From positions 7,998,001 through 8,062,000 of the forward strand of contig OZ004607.1 in assembly GCA_963924565.1 (NCBI GenBank): a stretch of 64,000 nucleotides of DNA, in the 5' to 3' direction. This document shows positions 52,207-64,000 of this stretch, piece after piece. How positions within the stretch are numbered: the stretch's first letter is position 1; each line of letters starts with the position of its first letter. This stretch comes from Ascidiella aspersa. Lineage: Eukaryota. A program made the position numbers and the translations under genes. The notes beneath the pieces are model-generated. The model was given only the letters and a program-made list of their open reading frames with translations, searched no databases and was not told the DNA's origin.

Positions 52207-52934
52207 GCGTACCTTAAGAGGGTATACACCAGCTAAAGTGGGACAAGAGTCGCTACTTTAGCGACAGCGCATACTGAACATATATGGGTAATGCCTTCGG
52301 CATAGTTTAAAACCAGTCTGGGTGAATGTGGGTGCTGAGGGATGGGGCCTGGGTCAAGGGGCGCGCTGACGGAGCGGGGGCGGAATAGCGGGCGTGTTGT
52401 TTTTGCGCGTATTAGCGGCGGGGGCTGTCGCCTAAGCGCTTCAGTGAAAGCGCGACTACAACAAGGCGACGGTTGAGCCCCTAGGCTTAAGCACGCGACG
52501 ACGAAAACGATACATTTCTGTGTCCCACGCCAACTAAGGGGTGTTAGGGGGTAGAGGAGGAAGCCAGGCGCAACCCCTCGAAGTATTTCTGAAATTTGAA
52601 GGTAAAAAAAGGGTGCGAGACGATTTAATCGATCCGTACAATATACTTGCGTTTTGGAAGAGCGGGCTGTCAATGTGCTAACGGGAACCGTGTGGGTATT
52701 AAGTGACATAGGTTGGGTTTAATTATGCTTGCTTTATTACATCGTAAAATGCCAAACATCTAACCTGTGTAACAAAAAGATTATGTTGGTTTAGTAGTGT
52801 GTTGGCTGGATTTACAAGACTCTTAAAAAAATATTTCTCAAATTTACCGTAGGAAAAAACGAGGAAAATGTTTTTTTTGCAGATTATAGGTTTGTGTTTT
52901 AAACCGTATTTTGAAGACTTAAACTTAACTAGAG

Positions 52935-53031
52935 AAAAACACAAATTAATATACCTCAAATTTAACGACAAAAAACACAATAAATATCCCTCAAATTTAA
53001 CGGGAGAATAAACACAACAAATATTCCTCAA
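52935..53031. repeat. ~34-bp minisatellite, 3 diverged copies
   Basis: AAACACAA..AATAT.CCTCAAATTTAACG repeated. Confidence 0.7.
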
Positions 53032-54719
53032 GCCTGGGGAAGAAAAAATTGAGCTAGGTAATTGATAAGAACTGTTCATCTGTGTTTCAACATTGTAAAA
53101 ATAGCACTACGCCCTATCAAAATAAACGGTTTGTAGGTTTATGCAGCAATATGCACGCATTTGGAAAAGTGAATATTCCTGAAATAGGTCGTGCACAAAA
53201 AAGCAAGGAGGGTCAATTGACAATCACAATATAAGTTGTATTTCAATCACGACATAAATTGTTTCTATTTTCTACCTATTCTGCTAAGCAGCTAGGGGTT
53301 CAAGAGTGTCGCTTTAAAAATTAACTTGCAAATTTGTTCCTGAAACTTGACGTAAAGAAAAAAAACGGGGCGGGGCGTTTCAATTGATCCGTACACTCTA
53401 GCGCTCTACATTCAGCGCCAATCAACAAAACTCGACAGAAATGCCGATAATGAAGTGCTCGCGTGTCACCTAATGCGCCCATTTCCGCATAACTTCTATA
53501 TGGTAGATTAGCCAGTCGCCTTCTTAAGCATACAACGCAGTGTGCAGCCAATAAGAGAGAAAAAAACACGAAGGAGCTACGAATTGCAAATGAACCGTTC
53601 GCCTGCTAGTTTAGCATTTAGTTTAGGTGGCATTTAGTCGAAAATTTAACTATTCAAACTCTTCCACGGGCTGGAAAAACAGCTGAAGTGGTAAACAAAA
53701 CAATTCGCAACAACAGTCCGCTGAAAAATCCAGCAGCACAAACGACAAAGTTGGACAACAACATAAAAACTGTAAGATGAACCATCAGTTTGCCTCGTTT
53801 CAACTGGTTAATTAGACACCTTTTTTACAGTTGTATTTAACGGCGGTATAAAAAAAAACTCAACAGCTTTTTGGGTCTTTTTGCTGCAAGTCAACCAAGG
53901 ACAACAGGTCGCCTTGCAAAAAACATACTTTTAATATTCTATACTCCTTGTATTACATCTCTTTGGAATAATTGTGCTACATTGCCAGAGAACTCAACGC
54001 AGTTTTATCAAAGTTAATATAAATTGTTCTATTCATTTGAATAAAAATTATCATGTTTGATATGTTTTTACCCTTATTTTTGTGTCTAATAAAATTGTTT
54101 GTCGGTAATGAAGACATCGTGAAACACACACTTTAGATGTTACGTGCAAGTCATTTCGGAACAAGTCGAGGTTAAGACTTTAGCAAAGTACCAAAAAAAA
54201 TAAAAAAAAGTCTTGCTATGTTAACTGTCAAAAAAAACTTCACGTTTAAAATACCTTGATTTAAAATGGAAATTAACTAAGCCGAATTCAAACTAAACTT
54301 TCTCATAATTTTGTATACTTGCTAAACCTGTTCCAGTGACGATCAGTATTTTCAACATATTAAACTTTTCCAGTTGTTGGTTGTTTTAATTAACGAATAC
54401 CAAAGCTTTTTGTTGAGGAAACCTAAAATCCGTGACGACTTCCTATTGAGACCCTAAAATCTTGGTCAACAAGTCGCGACCAAAATTTATATTTTTTAGA
54501 CTAGGTTCAGTTCAAGTTGCACAAACAAGCCAAAATCAACTTACATTAGAATTAAGTTGAACAACTTCGGAGCATTATGCTTTGAGGGTGTAGTAAGACG
54601 TAAAAAGCAAAGCCCAAACAGAAGTAGGTATCATTATACAAAAGGGCGTATCTTCATGGAATCCAAAACCATTGGCAGCACGTTTTTACGTGTCGATCAC
54701 TGTTCCGACGACGCGTATA

Positions 54720-54842
54720 TAAACAAATAAAACTCAAACTTTAAAAAACAAGTAAAACCAGGATTAAACATTGATGCCAGTATAGGCGAAATGTCTGATC
54801 CTGGTTTTACCCATCTTTTTAACTTCGAGTTTTATTTGTTTA
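54720..54842. repeat. ~120-bp inverted repeat (MITE-like hairpin) in Scaper intron
   Basis: AAACAAATAAAACTC (54721-54735) pairs with GAGTTTTATTTGTTT (54827-54841); GTAAAACCAGGAT (54752-54764) pairs with ATCCTGGTTTTAC (54798-54810). TA at both ends. Confidence 0.85.
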
Positions 54843-54927
54843 GGTATCATTATGAACGTTTTCGAATAACTCGTTATTCTTATTTAGTGGAAAATTAATC
54901 CATACAAACTTATTCCTCGCTCCTCAC

Positions 54928-55119
54928 CTTGATGTAGGACACGAGATGGGATGAGCTTGCCTCCTCCTCCATGATGGCAAGGTTGGAGGGGTTGCCATGG
55001 CAACAGGCGATCAGGGTCGGGTGGAGGATGCGCGTGCGCAGTGGGTTGCTGAAGTAGGAGAAGGGGAGGAGACAGAGTTGCTGGAGGACGGTCGGTTGTG
55101 CTCCGGACACGACGATGTT
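54928..55119 (-). CDS. Scaper: SCAPER (S-phase cyclin A-associated protein in the ER), conserved near-C-terminal exon
   Basis: Minus strand acceptor cccttcttctccctgcag|, donor AAG|gtgagg, 192 bp, phase 0/0, high GC3. NIVVSGAQPTVLQQLCLLPFSYFSNPLRTRILHPTLIACCHGNPSNLAIMEEEASSSHLVSYIK aligns without gaps over 64 aa to the recalled human VIVQSGRHPTVLQKLCQLPFQYFSDPRLIKVLFPSLIAACYNNHQNKIILEQEMSCVLLATFIQ. Known Islet neighbour. Confidence 0.92.
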
Positions 55120-55359
55120 CTGCAGGAGGAAGAAGGGATTGGGTATTAGGACGGGATCGTGTTTTGTTTCTAATGTGGGTAATATTGTGGAGAAGTGATT
55201 ATTAGACTTTGTCAGTATTGTTGAACCCTACAACAAAATATTCTGCATTCTGTTCCCCCAATGGAAACAATGTATGACCCTATAATAGGCCTAATAACTC
55301 TGTATATACCTGGTAGGCATATACTGGGTATGCGTTGCAAGATTTTTGTGGGGTTAAAG

Positions 55360-55470
55360 CAGAGGTCACCAAACTTTTTCATCCAAGGTGGGATAAGCGT
55401 CAGGCCTGACCATATGAGGTCGAACAACCGTAAGGTCTGACCAGGGCGGGCCGGATATAAAATGTCGTGT
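55360..55470 (+). mobile_element. hAT/Charlie-like non-autonomous element end (remnant)
   Basis: CAGAGGTCACCAAACTTTTT terminus plus internal GCGGGCCGGAT, motifs typical of hAT MITEs. Similar end CAAAGGTTCCCAAACCTTTT at 1961. Confidence 0.35.
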
Positions 55471-58400
55471 CGAACTTTATTAACTTGGTTAAACGAAGGA
55501 AACAAAATCTGCCAAAACCTTCATACTTTTAATCAACATACAATTCGGAAACAAAAAGATCATGAACCGTTTCTTAAGTAAAATCCCTATGGTGTTTTTT
55601 AGCATTTAATTTTAACAAGATGGTTGTTTGATTTGCTGAAGAGTAATGTGTATTGTGTTAAAATTTATGAAATTGGTAAAGACGGCAAGTACACCGTATA
55701 AAATTAAAGTACATACAGTGTCCAAAAAGAAAAGAAATAAAAATGAAAAGAAAGAAAAAAATAGGAAAAAAACTCGAAAAAAACGGAAAAACTTTTGCAA
55801 AACAAGAGGTTTTTAAAAAGCGTCTTTCTTTTCTAAAAAACTAACGCCGCACGAAAGCAGGTTGCGCGTGACTCATGAACGCCTCTCGAGCGAACGGGAA
55901 AAAAACACGCGCAAAGTCAGCATTAGAGAAGAAGCACACCTGTGCACATGACACAAGCAATCTTCAGGAAGCCGGGGTAACTTGGCTGCGGTGAAAGTCA
56001 AGTAGCAGTCGGCACTTGGAAGTAGCAGCTCAACGCTAACGGCAGGCTTCGGTTTCAAAACAACGGCGAAAGGGTCGCGTCACGCGAAAGGACCTCGGAT
56101 CTTTTTGCGCGCTATGGTGATAATTAATTGCTCAAATCGATCGCGTCTTTTGTTGGGCAAGAAAGCCGTGAAGACGATAAACAGTCGACTTTTCCGCTAC
56201 TTTCAATTTTGATTCGCAAAGCGTGATTCGTTTTTGATCAAAGCGCCCACATTTTTGCTGCGGTTTCGCGCTCAAGAAGAAATAAGAGATAAGACTGGTT
56301 TGCGGTGGCAGAATAAGAGGCCATATCCGTTTAGGGATGTCCGAAACTTTGGATTTTGTTCAGATTATTTTTCCCGATATTTTTGGCGTAAAGTACGGGT
56401 TTACAATGCAATATCCAATGGCACCATTAACAAGGTAAAAAAATACTTAAAAAATAAATGTACAAAACTAGTGTTTGACATGTTCTTACGATCATATTTG
56501 CTTAACCGTTAGGAAACTATGTTACTTTCGATTTATAATTTACATTTTTCTAACTTCTTGTTGAACGCTTATCAATGCTAAAATGTCTGCATTGGTTTGC
56601 TATCGGGCGAGAACAGTTGTTTTTACCACTTGGTGTCTAGAGAAAATGTATTTGTTGATTTTGTGTACCTTTTTCTCAAAGGATAACATTTAGTCATTTT
56701 TTGTAGCAAAATCAGGAAATCCTCTGATCTCTTATGAAAAACAGAAATTTGCAAAAATTGATTTCTTTTAAACAAAAAGCATTTCCATCTTCCGAAATCA
56801 ACATTAGTCGCCAAATGACGTTATAACTGGTAACATAGAACTAAATAAAACACTGAGGCAGAAAAAAACAAAAATATATAATATATCTGCTAGAAATGTT
56901 GCGTTTGTATGGCAATAAACACAAAACATGGCCAAAACCAGATGAAGAAACAAAATTTTAAAATTAAGATACTAGCCCGACGAAAGAAACCACGCGGAAA
57001 ACTCTCGTTAATAAAAAATCCAGTTCCTTTGGGATTTTCCACACAATTAAATGGAGATTTCGATTACAATCTATAGTCGCCCAATTACAGTTCAAATCAA
57101 TTTTCGAATCTTTAGTTTATTCACACGAGTAGAGCCATGAAAAAGATTACGTTTCCATGCAATTGAAGTAAAAATGCCGATTCACCAACGGCGGAACATT
57201 TCGCCGTAATCACAAAGATTGCTATCAGGTGACATTTCCTAACGACATTACTCTTTGCACATCATTTTAAACAAAAAAACATTCCAGCAGTTTTCAGGAA
57301 ATACGAGGTAACGCCCAGCAAACATCAGATCGCCTCATAAACCCGGATATCGCATTAGAAAAACAACAACATCCACGGCAGATCGCCGTGGGGCGGGGGG
57401 CTTTGGGCCCGACAGCTTGACAGATGTGGGTAAAATAGGGGGGCGGGGGTACGCCGTGCGTAACCCAATCCGCGTAAAGCGCAAAAAATCACGCGTGCGT
57501 CCGTTGCGAGGGATTTGCTTCGGCGAGATTAGCGCACAAATAAGCCGCGCTTCGTATTAGCGGCGACCGACCGCAAACGGCTTAAAGAAATTCGCGCGTC
57601 GACGTTTTACGTTGATTGATTTGCTAACCGGATACGCGCATGTATCACTACGGGGCGACACAAATTGCCTTGTTAATCAAAGTTTTTGTTTTTTATCGAA
57701 AATCTGTCGTTGAATTTAAGGCCAGCGTAAAAAGAAATCCGAACCCGCTCGGTCACTTTTTCTGCCACAACTTGGGACAAATTTTCCCGCCGTGTCGCAA
57801 TACGAAACCTTTTAGAGCACGGTTTAGAGATTTTGTCCTAACGACATGAAGTGTTTTTATGGATGGGGTTGTCTGGAGTGTTTTAATCCCTAAATTGGTG
57901 GGCTGTAACACGCAAGGCACACGTTGGTCATTAACAGAACTTTAGGTAGTTTAAGGTCCAGTATTGTGTGTGTGTGGCCAATCATTTATAATGCTAATTT
58001 CTTGCGTATTGCTACTTTATTATTTTTTTTTGTCGCAAGTTTTATTTCTGGGGTATGGAATCGCGCAATTTTGGATTATTCGTGCCTAAAAATCGTACTA
58101 TTAATATTTGGTGTTCGAATTACATAGCGTGAAAATAGGCGTAAGTTATTGGGCACGTTACTTTTCAAGAGAGTTAGAAACGAAATTCACATTAGGGTAA
58201 TCAGGTGGCACTGTATATAAAGACAAATTGTATTGAATTTTCGACAAGTCATCGCACAACTGTGCTTCATCAGGTCAAAGTAGAAAATGCGCCCGTGACA
58301 GTATGGCGCACTGCTGCCACCAGGCGGTCAAAAACATACCAATAATTTAGATTGACGTCATAAGACAAGTTTAAATACGCAAGGGTTATACAGTAAGTCC

Positions 58401-60294
58401 ATTGACCAAAAAACGCCGCAAGCAAATTAAATAAAAGTTGGCACAATAAAATTGACAAAACTCATCAAACTCACAGAACAAAATGAAGGGGGAGGGTAGT
58501 TAACCAATTAGCAACATACCCTTCAAATCTACTAAATAAGATTGGTTAAAGTATAAATATCAAAGTCACGCTGTATGGTCACAGTAAATCTTCAGCACGT
58601 GAAGGCAACTTTGAAAGAAAGTCTCACAGCTCTATTACACAACGCATGTGTTGTACTGAGCCGCCAAAAAAATAGACCACAGAGTACCGAAACAAAAAAA
58701 ACTAAACAGTGGTACGTATGTGTGTGAAGTAAAAGGCGAAAAAATCGCGGTTTTCTCGTCAAACTCCCAAAACAGAAGGATCGCGCTGGAACGACGCCTC
58801 GCCAAATGCCAGGCCCATTTTGGCAACAAATTAGCAAAACCGCGCGCTCAAACCCGATCGGGCCACGGCAGACCCTGTGTGACGTAACAACGCGGTCCCA
58901 GGGGGGCGGTGGGTGTTGGGGCGAAAACAGGGGGCGCGGAAACGCTAATGACAGGTGCAGTCGCGCTTGTTTGGCAAACTCAATCAAGAAGGCGACGGTT
59001 TAACTTGCGCTGTTTGGCGATGTTTCGCGGCGCTGTAGAAGCACTGGTTCGACGGTAACCTAATATGGGGCTGTTTCTCGCCTCTTTTGCTTGGCTTCCG
59101 GGTAGCGTTTTGGTGGTAGCGTTTTGGTGGCACTTGCCCAGAACCAACCACAAGTTTAGAAATCAACCAACCGATTTGGCTGACGACCTATAGTTGGCGC
59201 TTCAATCATGATTAACTATAACGAGGTATCGTTGGCCCTTCTGTCATGTCTTTGTTTTAAACCCTTGCAAAATACGGCTTGAGTGATTAGTTGAGTTTGT
59301 GCGTGTCTTTCCTCAGGCATTTGTGTGTCGTTTTTTAAGCTGGGTAATATACTAGTTATATCACCCCCATGCTATCCCACTTTTTAAATGAACATAAACG
59401 ATTCGATCAACTAAATGCTTATTAATTAATTAATATTATACACAGGTTGCATATGTATGATAAAATTACAGAAATATCTTGTGTAAATAGATGACTTAGT
59501 TCCATTTTTCTCACGGACTTGGGCATTTTGCTGGGCAATATATTAAGCCCATTCGTATGGTCCTGCGAACAGGGTTCGAAATAATTACGGGCGATTGAAA
59601 AGTCAAATCAATAGTATCGTTGCCTCGTCACAAGAAATGGCTCTTTGAAATAGTTGATTTTGCGACCTCCTTGTAATATACTGGAGCGTAGCTCTATATT
59701 AAGCCGTGCAATCAGTTTATTGTTAGATGGTGACTAAAAATGCTCTACGGAGATGCGAACTGACATTCATTTATCGTCAACCTATTGCAAAAAAAACTTA
59801 TGACACGCAGTGCAGGCTTAGTAGTGTTGAAATCTATGTAAAACAACAGTAAGCACCATTCTATTGGTTCGGTTTTGAAACAGAAGGGCTTCTTTTCTGT
59901 GACGAGGGTTTACAAAATCGTTGCGGTAACTTCAACCTTGCAAACCAGTCTTGAAACCTTGACGAGATGAGTTGTTGCGATAAGAAGTGACACAATAGCT
60001 TCGCTTATCCCTAGTCTCCCGCAAAGGCGATGTCTTGGCCAAATAGAAGAGTGTCAATCAAATCTTCACCAGATCTGATAACTTCAAACGCAAGAAAAAG
60101 ATACAGAAAAACTCAACCGCAAGGGAACAATAAACAAAAGGCAATTGCCGAAAATAGAAAAGGCATTCGTCACGACACTTTCTCCGCAACCCCATTGGGT
60201 CAAGTGGGGTCCGGGTGCCGGTGACCCCCCTGGATGGTACAGTTGGCTCAGTGTTGTGGGGCCGCCGCGACGACTCGCGAGCGCGACCTCGGGG

Positions 60295-60335
60295 TGAGTT
60301 TATGACGTCAGTCAGTCCTGCTATGACGTCAGCCG
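60295..60335. promoter_or_regulatory. Twin CRE module in Scaper intron
   Basis: TATGACGTCAG twice, octamers at 60303 and 60324. Confidence 0.5.
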
Positions 60336-63300
60336 ATTCGCACCTCTTCGAGGCGGGTAATGACCATTTTAGAATACTTCGGTAATACGCAAATGCGAAA
60401 GGCAAGAAGGACAAATAACGGCTTAATTATCTTGTGTTGACTTTACACAGTGATGACGAGGCGTTTGTAGTCACAATATTACGGGCGGAAAACAACAAGA
60501 TATGAAACAGCATCGTTTCATGCGTAAAGCCTCATTGACACGTTACGTTGTATTCTTACTGAAACACCATTTTCTTCTTGATTGAATGAGACATCTAAAA
60601 TTCGAACAAGATTTTCATATAGCCACATTCAAAATTTTAGCAAGTAGGAGAAACTGTTTTAAGCGATTTTGAGACCACTTTTCGGAAAACACAAAAACAT
60701 AGAAGTTTTAGAAACAACTCACTAAGAAGATATCAAGAAAAGTGTCATGCTATCAAATTTTGTGTTCATTTGTAGCTCGGGTACTTGTATAAATTACAGC
60801 TAAAGTTATCTACATGCAATAAACTAAAACTGTCTTTGTTGTTTTGTTCTTACAACATAAATAGGTTTTATCTGCAAATTTAAAAGACAAATTTAATATA
60901 CAATCAGCAGATTTATCTCGATTTAATTAGCAATTTGTTAGAAAAATTTATTTTTTGTAAATTGCCCTAAAATGTTTTTCTTTTTCAGACAAAACCAAGT
61001 TCCTTGTTCAGTACCTTATATAAATCGAGATGGAAAGAATGCAAGGCCACGCCATTTTCTCGCGCAACTGGTCGATGTGATTACGTCAAGCGAGGGTACG
61101 ACAATATTGATGTTACGGTGAGAATGTGAAAGGAAATGTCAAGTGTCGCGTTTTAAAAGTTGCTCTCGGCTCTGGTCGGGAAAATAAATGGACTGGAAGG
61201 CGGCGGAACGCTGTTCCGGTTACTGAAACAATTCCGAGAAAGTGAAGCGGTTTCTAGCGACAAACAACGTTGGACGAGGCGTGCGTTTGCATGCTTGATC
61301 GCTGTTGAATGCTCGTTGGAAAAATATCGGTACATTTTTCGTAGAATATATATGTAAATATATGGCCGCCTGCAATTGTGCTTAGTTTATTAATGTATTT
61401 TTCATATAAGATTGCAATGAAATCCAAACTGAAGAAGCCCCATAAAAATATTAAAGGTATTTGAGAAAATATTTCAACTTAATAAAACCATACCCCCAAT
61501 GTAACACCAAATTCAAAGGTTTTAATATTATTCTGTTTTGCGCAATTATTTTATTTTAGAATTTCCAAAACCATACGATTATTACCAAAATAACGCATCT
61601 GGATTGTACCGCCGCTCACGCAAAAAGGAGATTCCACGAAAAATGCCCTAAAAAGTCGAATTAAAACGCGACCGCCTTCAGTGTCTAACGGCGAAGCCCA
61701 AACACACAAAGAACGCATATTTTCCATTCACCTACATAAGCGAGTTGCGTGAGAGCCGAGCGGGGGTCGGAATTCCTGTCAAGGCGACGCTAATTGGCGA
61801 CAAGCGGCACCTTTCCGCGTCCCATGTTGTTACAAGGACCGAGCCCGCGGAAAACGGGGGCTTGGGGGGGCGGTGGAGGCATAAACAGGCACTTTCTCTG
61901 CGCGCGCGCTCGGCGGCGACGAACTCTGACCCGGAGTGACCCCGCGACGAGTGGCGTGACCCCGCGAGTGACCCGGGGTCAAGTTTAATCTGCCGCGGTT
62001 AAGTGCGACGCTTGTGGAATCGTGCATTGCTGATGCCCGAATTGCTGCTTCTGTCTTAAAACGCGCGCTGTTTGCCGATGATGGCCCGAATTTTTTTCTT
62101 GCCAAGGGCCACCATTTTGTTAGGACGCTTGCTTTTAGGTTCATGCAACAAGTTAAGGAAAAACAACTTACCAATAATGGACCGTGGTTATTCTAAGGCG
62201 TTTCAAATAATACCATATTTATTTTTGCGATAAACCTTATTTTATCGTTAAAATAAACACCTAGTTAATCGTGCAGTCTGACGTGCAAAAATATTGAATT
62301 TATAAAATTGCATTTTTGAAACGTTCCAATAAAAAAACAATCTGTATCTATATGTCACAGCGATTGAATGCTGCAGTACCATTTTAATCAATATGAAAAA
62401 TAGAAAAATTTGCACTGTTCCAACATTCAAACTAAACAATGCCTGCGCATTATCAACGTCATCAGTTGAAGGTTGCATTTAAAAAAGTTTATTTTTTTAC
62501 AATTTGTACAGGTGCCAAACTATTAAAGTTTATGCGGATTTAAGTAACGTTGTTACTCGGGAGGCAATGCAAACGATTTTAGATATATAAAATTTGGATT
62601 CTTCTTAAGGAAAACAGCTTAAAAATTACAAACTTAAGCCGATTAAAACCTAGCCAAAAACACTGAATTTCAATGGGGATTTTTTAATCACACTTACGGC
62701 GTAATTTTACAAAACAGCGAGAACTTGCTGCAGACAAACGAAGAATTTAACGGAACGGATCTCAACTAATCAATATTTTGAAACTGGATCCGCTCGTTGG
62801 GGATTTTAAAGTCGGGGTCCAAGACTGCCGGTCCCGACATTGTAGCCGTTAATCAGGGGCGACCACCGGGACAATGGGGGTAAGGCACCAGATCGCGGAA
62901 AAGATAGCGGGGGCAAGTGTTGACACGCGGGGGGCGAAGGGGGTGACATGTAACTGGGGTTGGGGGTAACACGAGAGCCGACGCAAAATTGGGTTTCCAG
63001 GAGAGGGGGGACGCTATTCACCCAAAATACCCCGATGTGGGGCAGCTGGGTTGACAAAAGGCGGTAGAGCGAGACCGACGGTGATGATGACGCGTGTGCA
63101 GCGGAGCATGACGGCCCGTTATCGCGCGTCGGATGAAACGATTGGGGTCCTCTCTGTTCTGGGGTGCGAAACGGGGGTGAGGACGGAGCGATTGGGCGGA
63201 GACAGACCCAAGGGGTGACCATCGGGGGTCTTCTGTCGGCAATCGTGTCCCTGCGGCTCTTGGGAGTACGGGGTCGGATTTGTGGGTGATTTGTGGGTTA

Positions 63301-64000
63301 GGGTTGTTAACGGAATAAAAATATTGGGGTTTTCACATTAACGAAATGAATCATAAGTTTTTTTAGTAAGAGTTGTTTGAGAAGAGAGTGGAATTTATAT
63401 ATTGATTTGTGAGTGGAACTACAGGTGTTAGTTCAATAAAAATTGAGTTGAACTTATAGTTACACTTTTTACGCCACGTATAGAAAGAAGCAAAAAATAA
63501 AACAAGAGACCCCAACAGTAATAAAAAAACGGGGGGGGGGGGGGTTGCTTGGGGAGTGGGGCCCGTCCGACCCCCAACATCGAAAATTGGCCCCCTGAGT
63601 TACGTCACGCGTGCGGGTGAAATCAGCCCCCGTTCCGCCTGTCGGGCGCGCGGCTATGCCGGGAATGCACCGGGGTCCCTAGGGGGCCGGTCTGTCTGTA
63701 ATTGGGCCCTAAACGGGGTCCGTTGTCGACATTAAAGAGCTAGTATGCCCACCCCGTGGGGCTCTGGGGCAGGAAACGAGCAAAAATGGGGGGTAGAGGT
63801 TGGGTCTGCCTTTCTAAAACAGTTATGGATCTAAACCTTGTGACAATAGCAATAGGTTTAGGAACGTTAAAAAGCGGTTCAAAATTTCACTTTTCGAGCG
63901 AAATTCGAGAAGGTTTTAGTGTGGTTTGGTGCAAATTGCGCCGCGTGTATATTTGGATAAAGGTGCGCTTTTCAAATCGGCAGCAATTTCTCAAATCTTG

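Noticed and set aside
63295-63305. Telomeric TTAGGG
   Set aside because: Isolated single copies, no array.

Overview
Eukaryotic genomic DNA, most likely an ascidian/tunicate (inferred from the Islet sequence and repeat style). No prokaryotic features. The + strand carries the 3' four coding exons of an Islet (Isl1/2-class LIM-homeobox) gene: LIM2 exon 4031-4239, homeodomain exon 7868-8280, LIM-binding-domain exon 12670-12861 and terminal exon 13723-13869. I found no LIM1 exon, so it presumably lies upstream of the window. On the - strand, a 192-bp exon at 54928-55119 encodes the conserved C-terminal block of SCAPER, so the window captures the ancient convergent Islet-Scaper gene pair. The ~41 kb between them has no confident coding exon. 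It is a mosaic of CpG-rich modules (candidate Islet enhancers) and AT-rich spacers with transposon debris. Notable features are 12 perfect CRE palindromes, a 129-bp tandem array of tRNA T-arm/B-box units, a nuclear-receptor half-site cluster, a possible LIM1-less Islet first exon and a recursive-splice-like AG|GTAAG at the Islet last exon. Nearly all ORFs in the supplied track look spurious.
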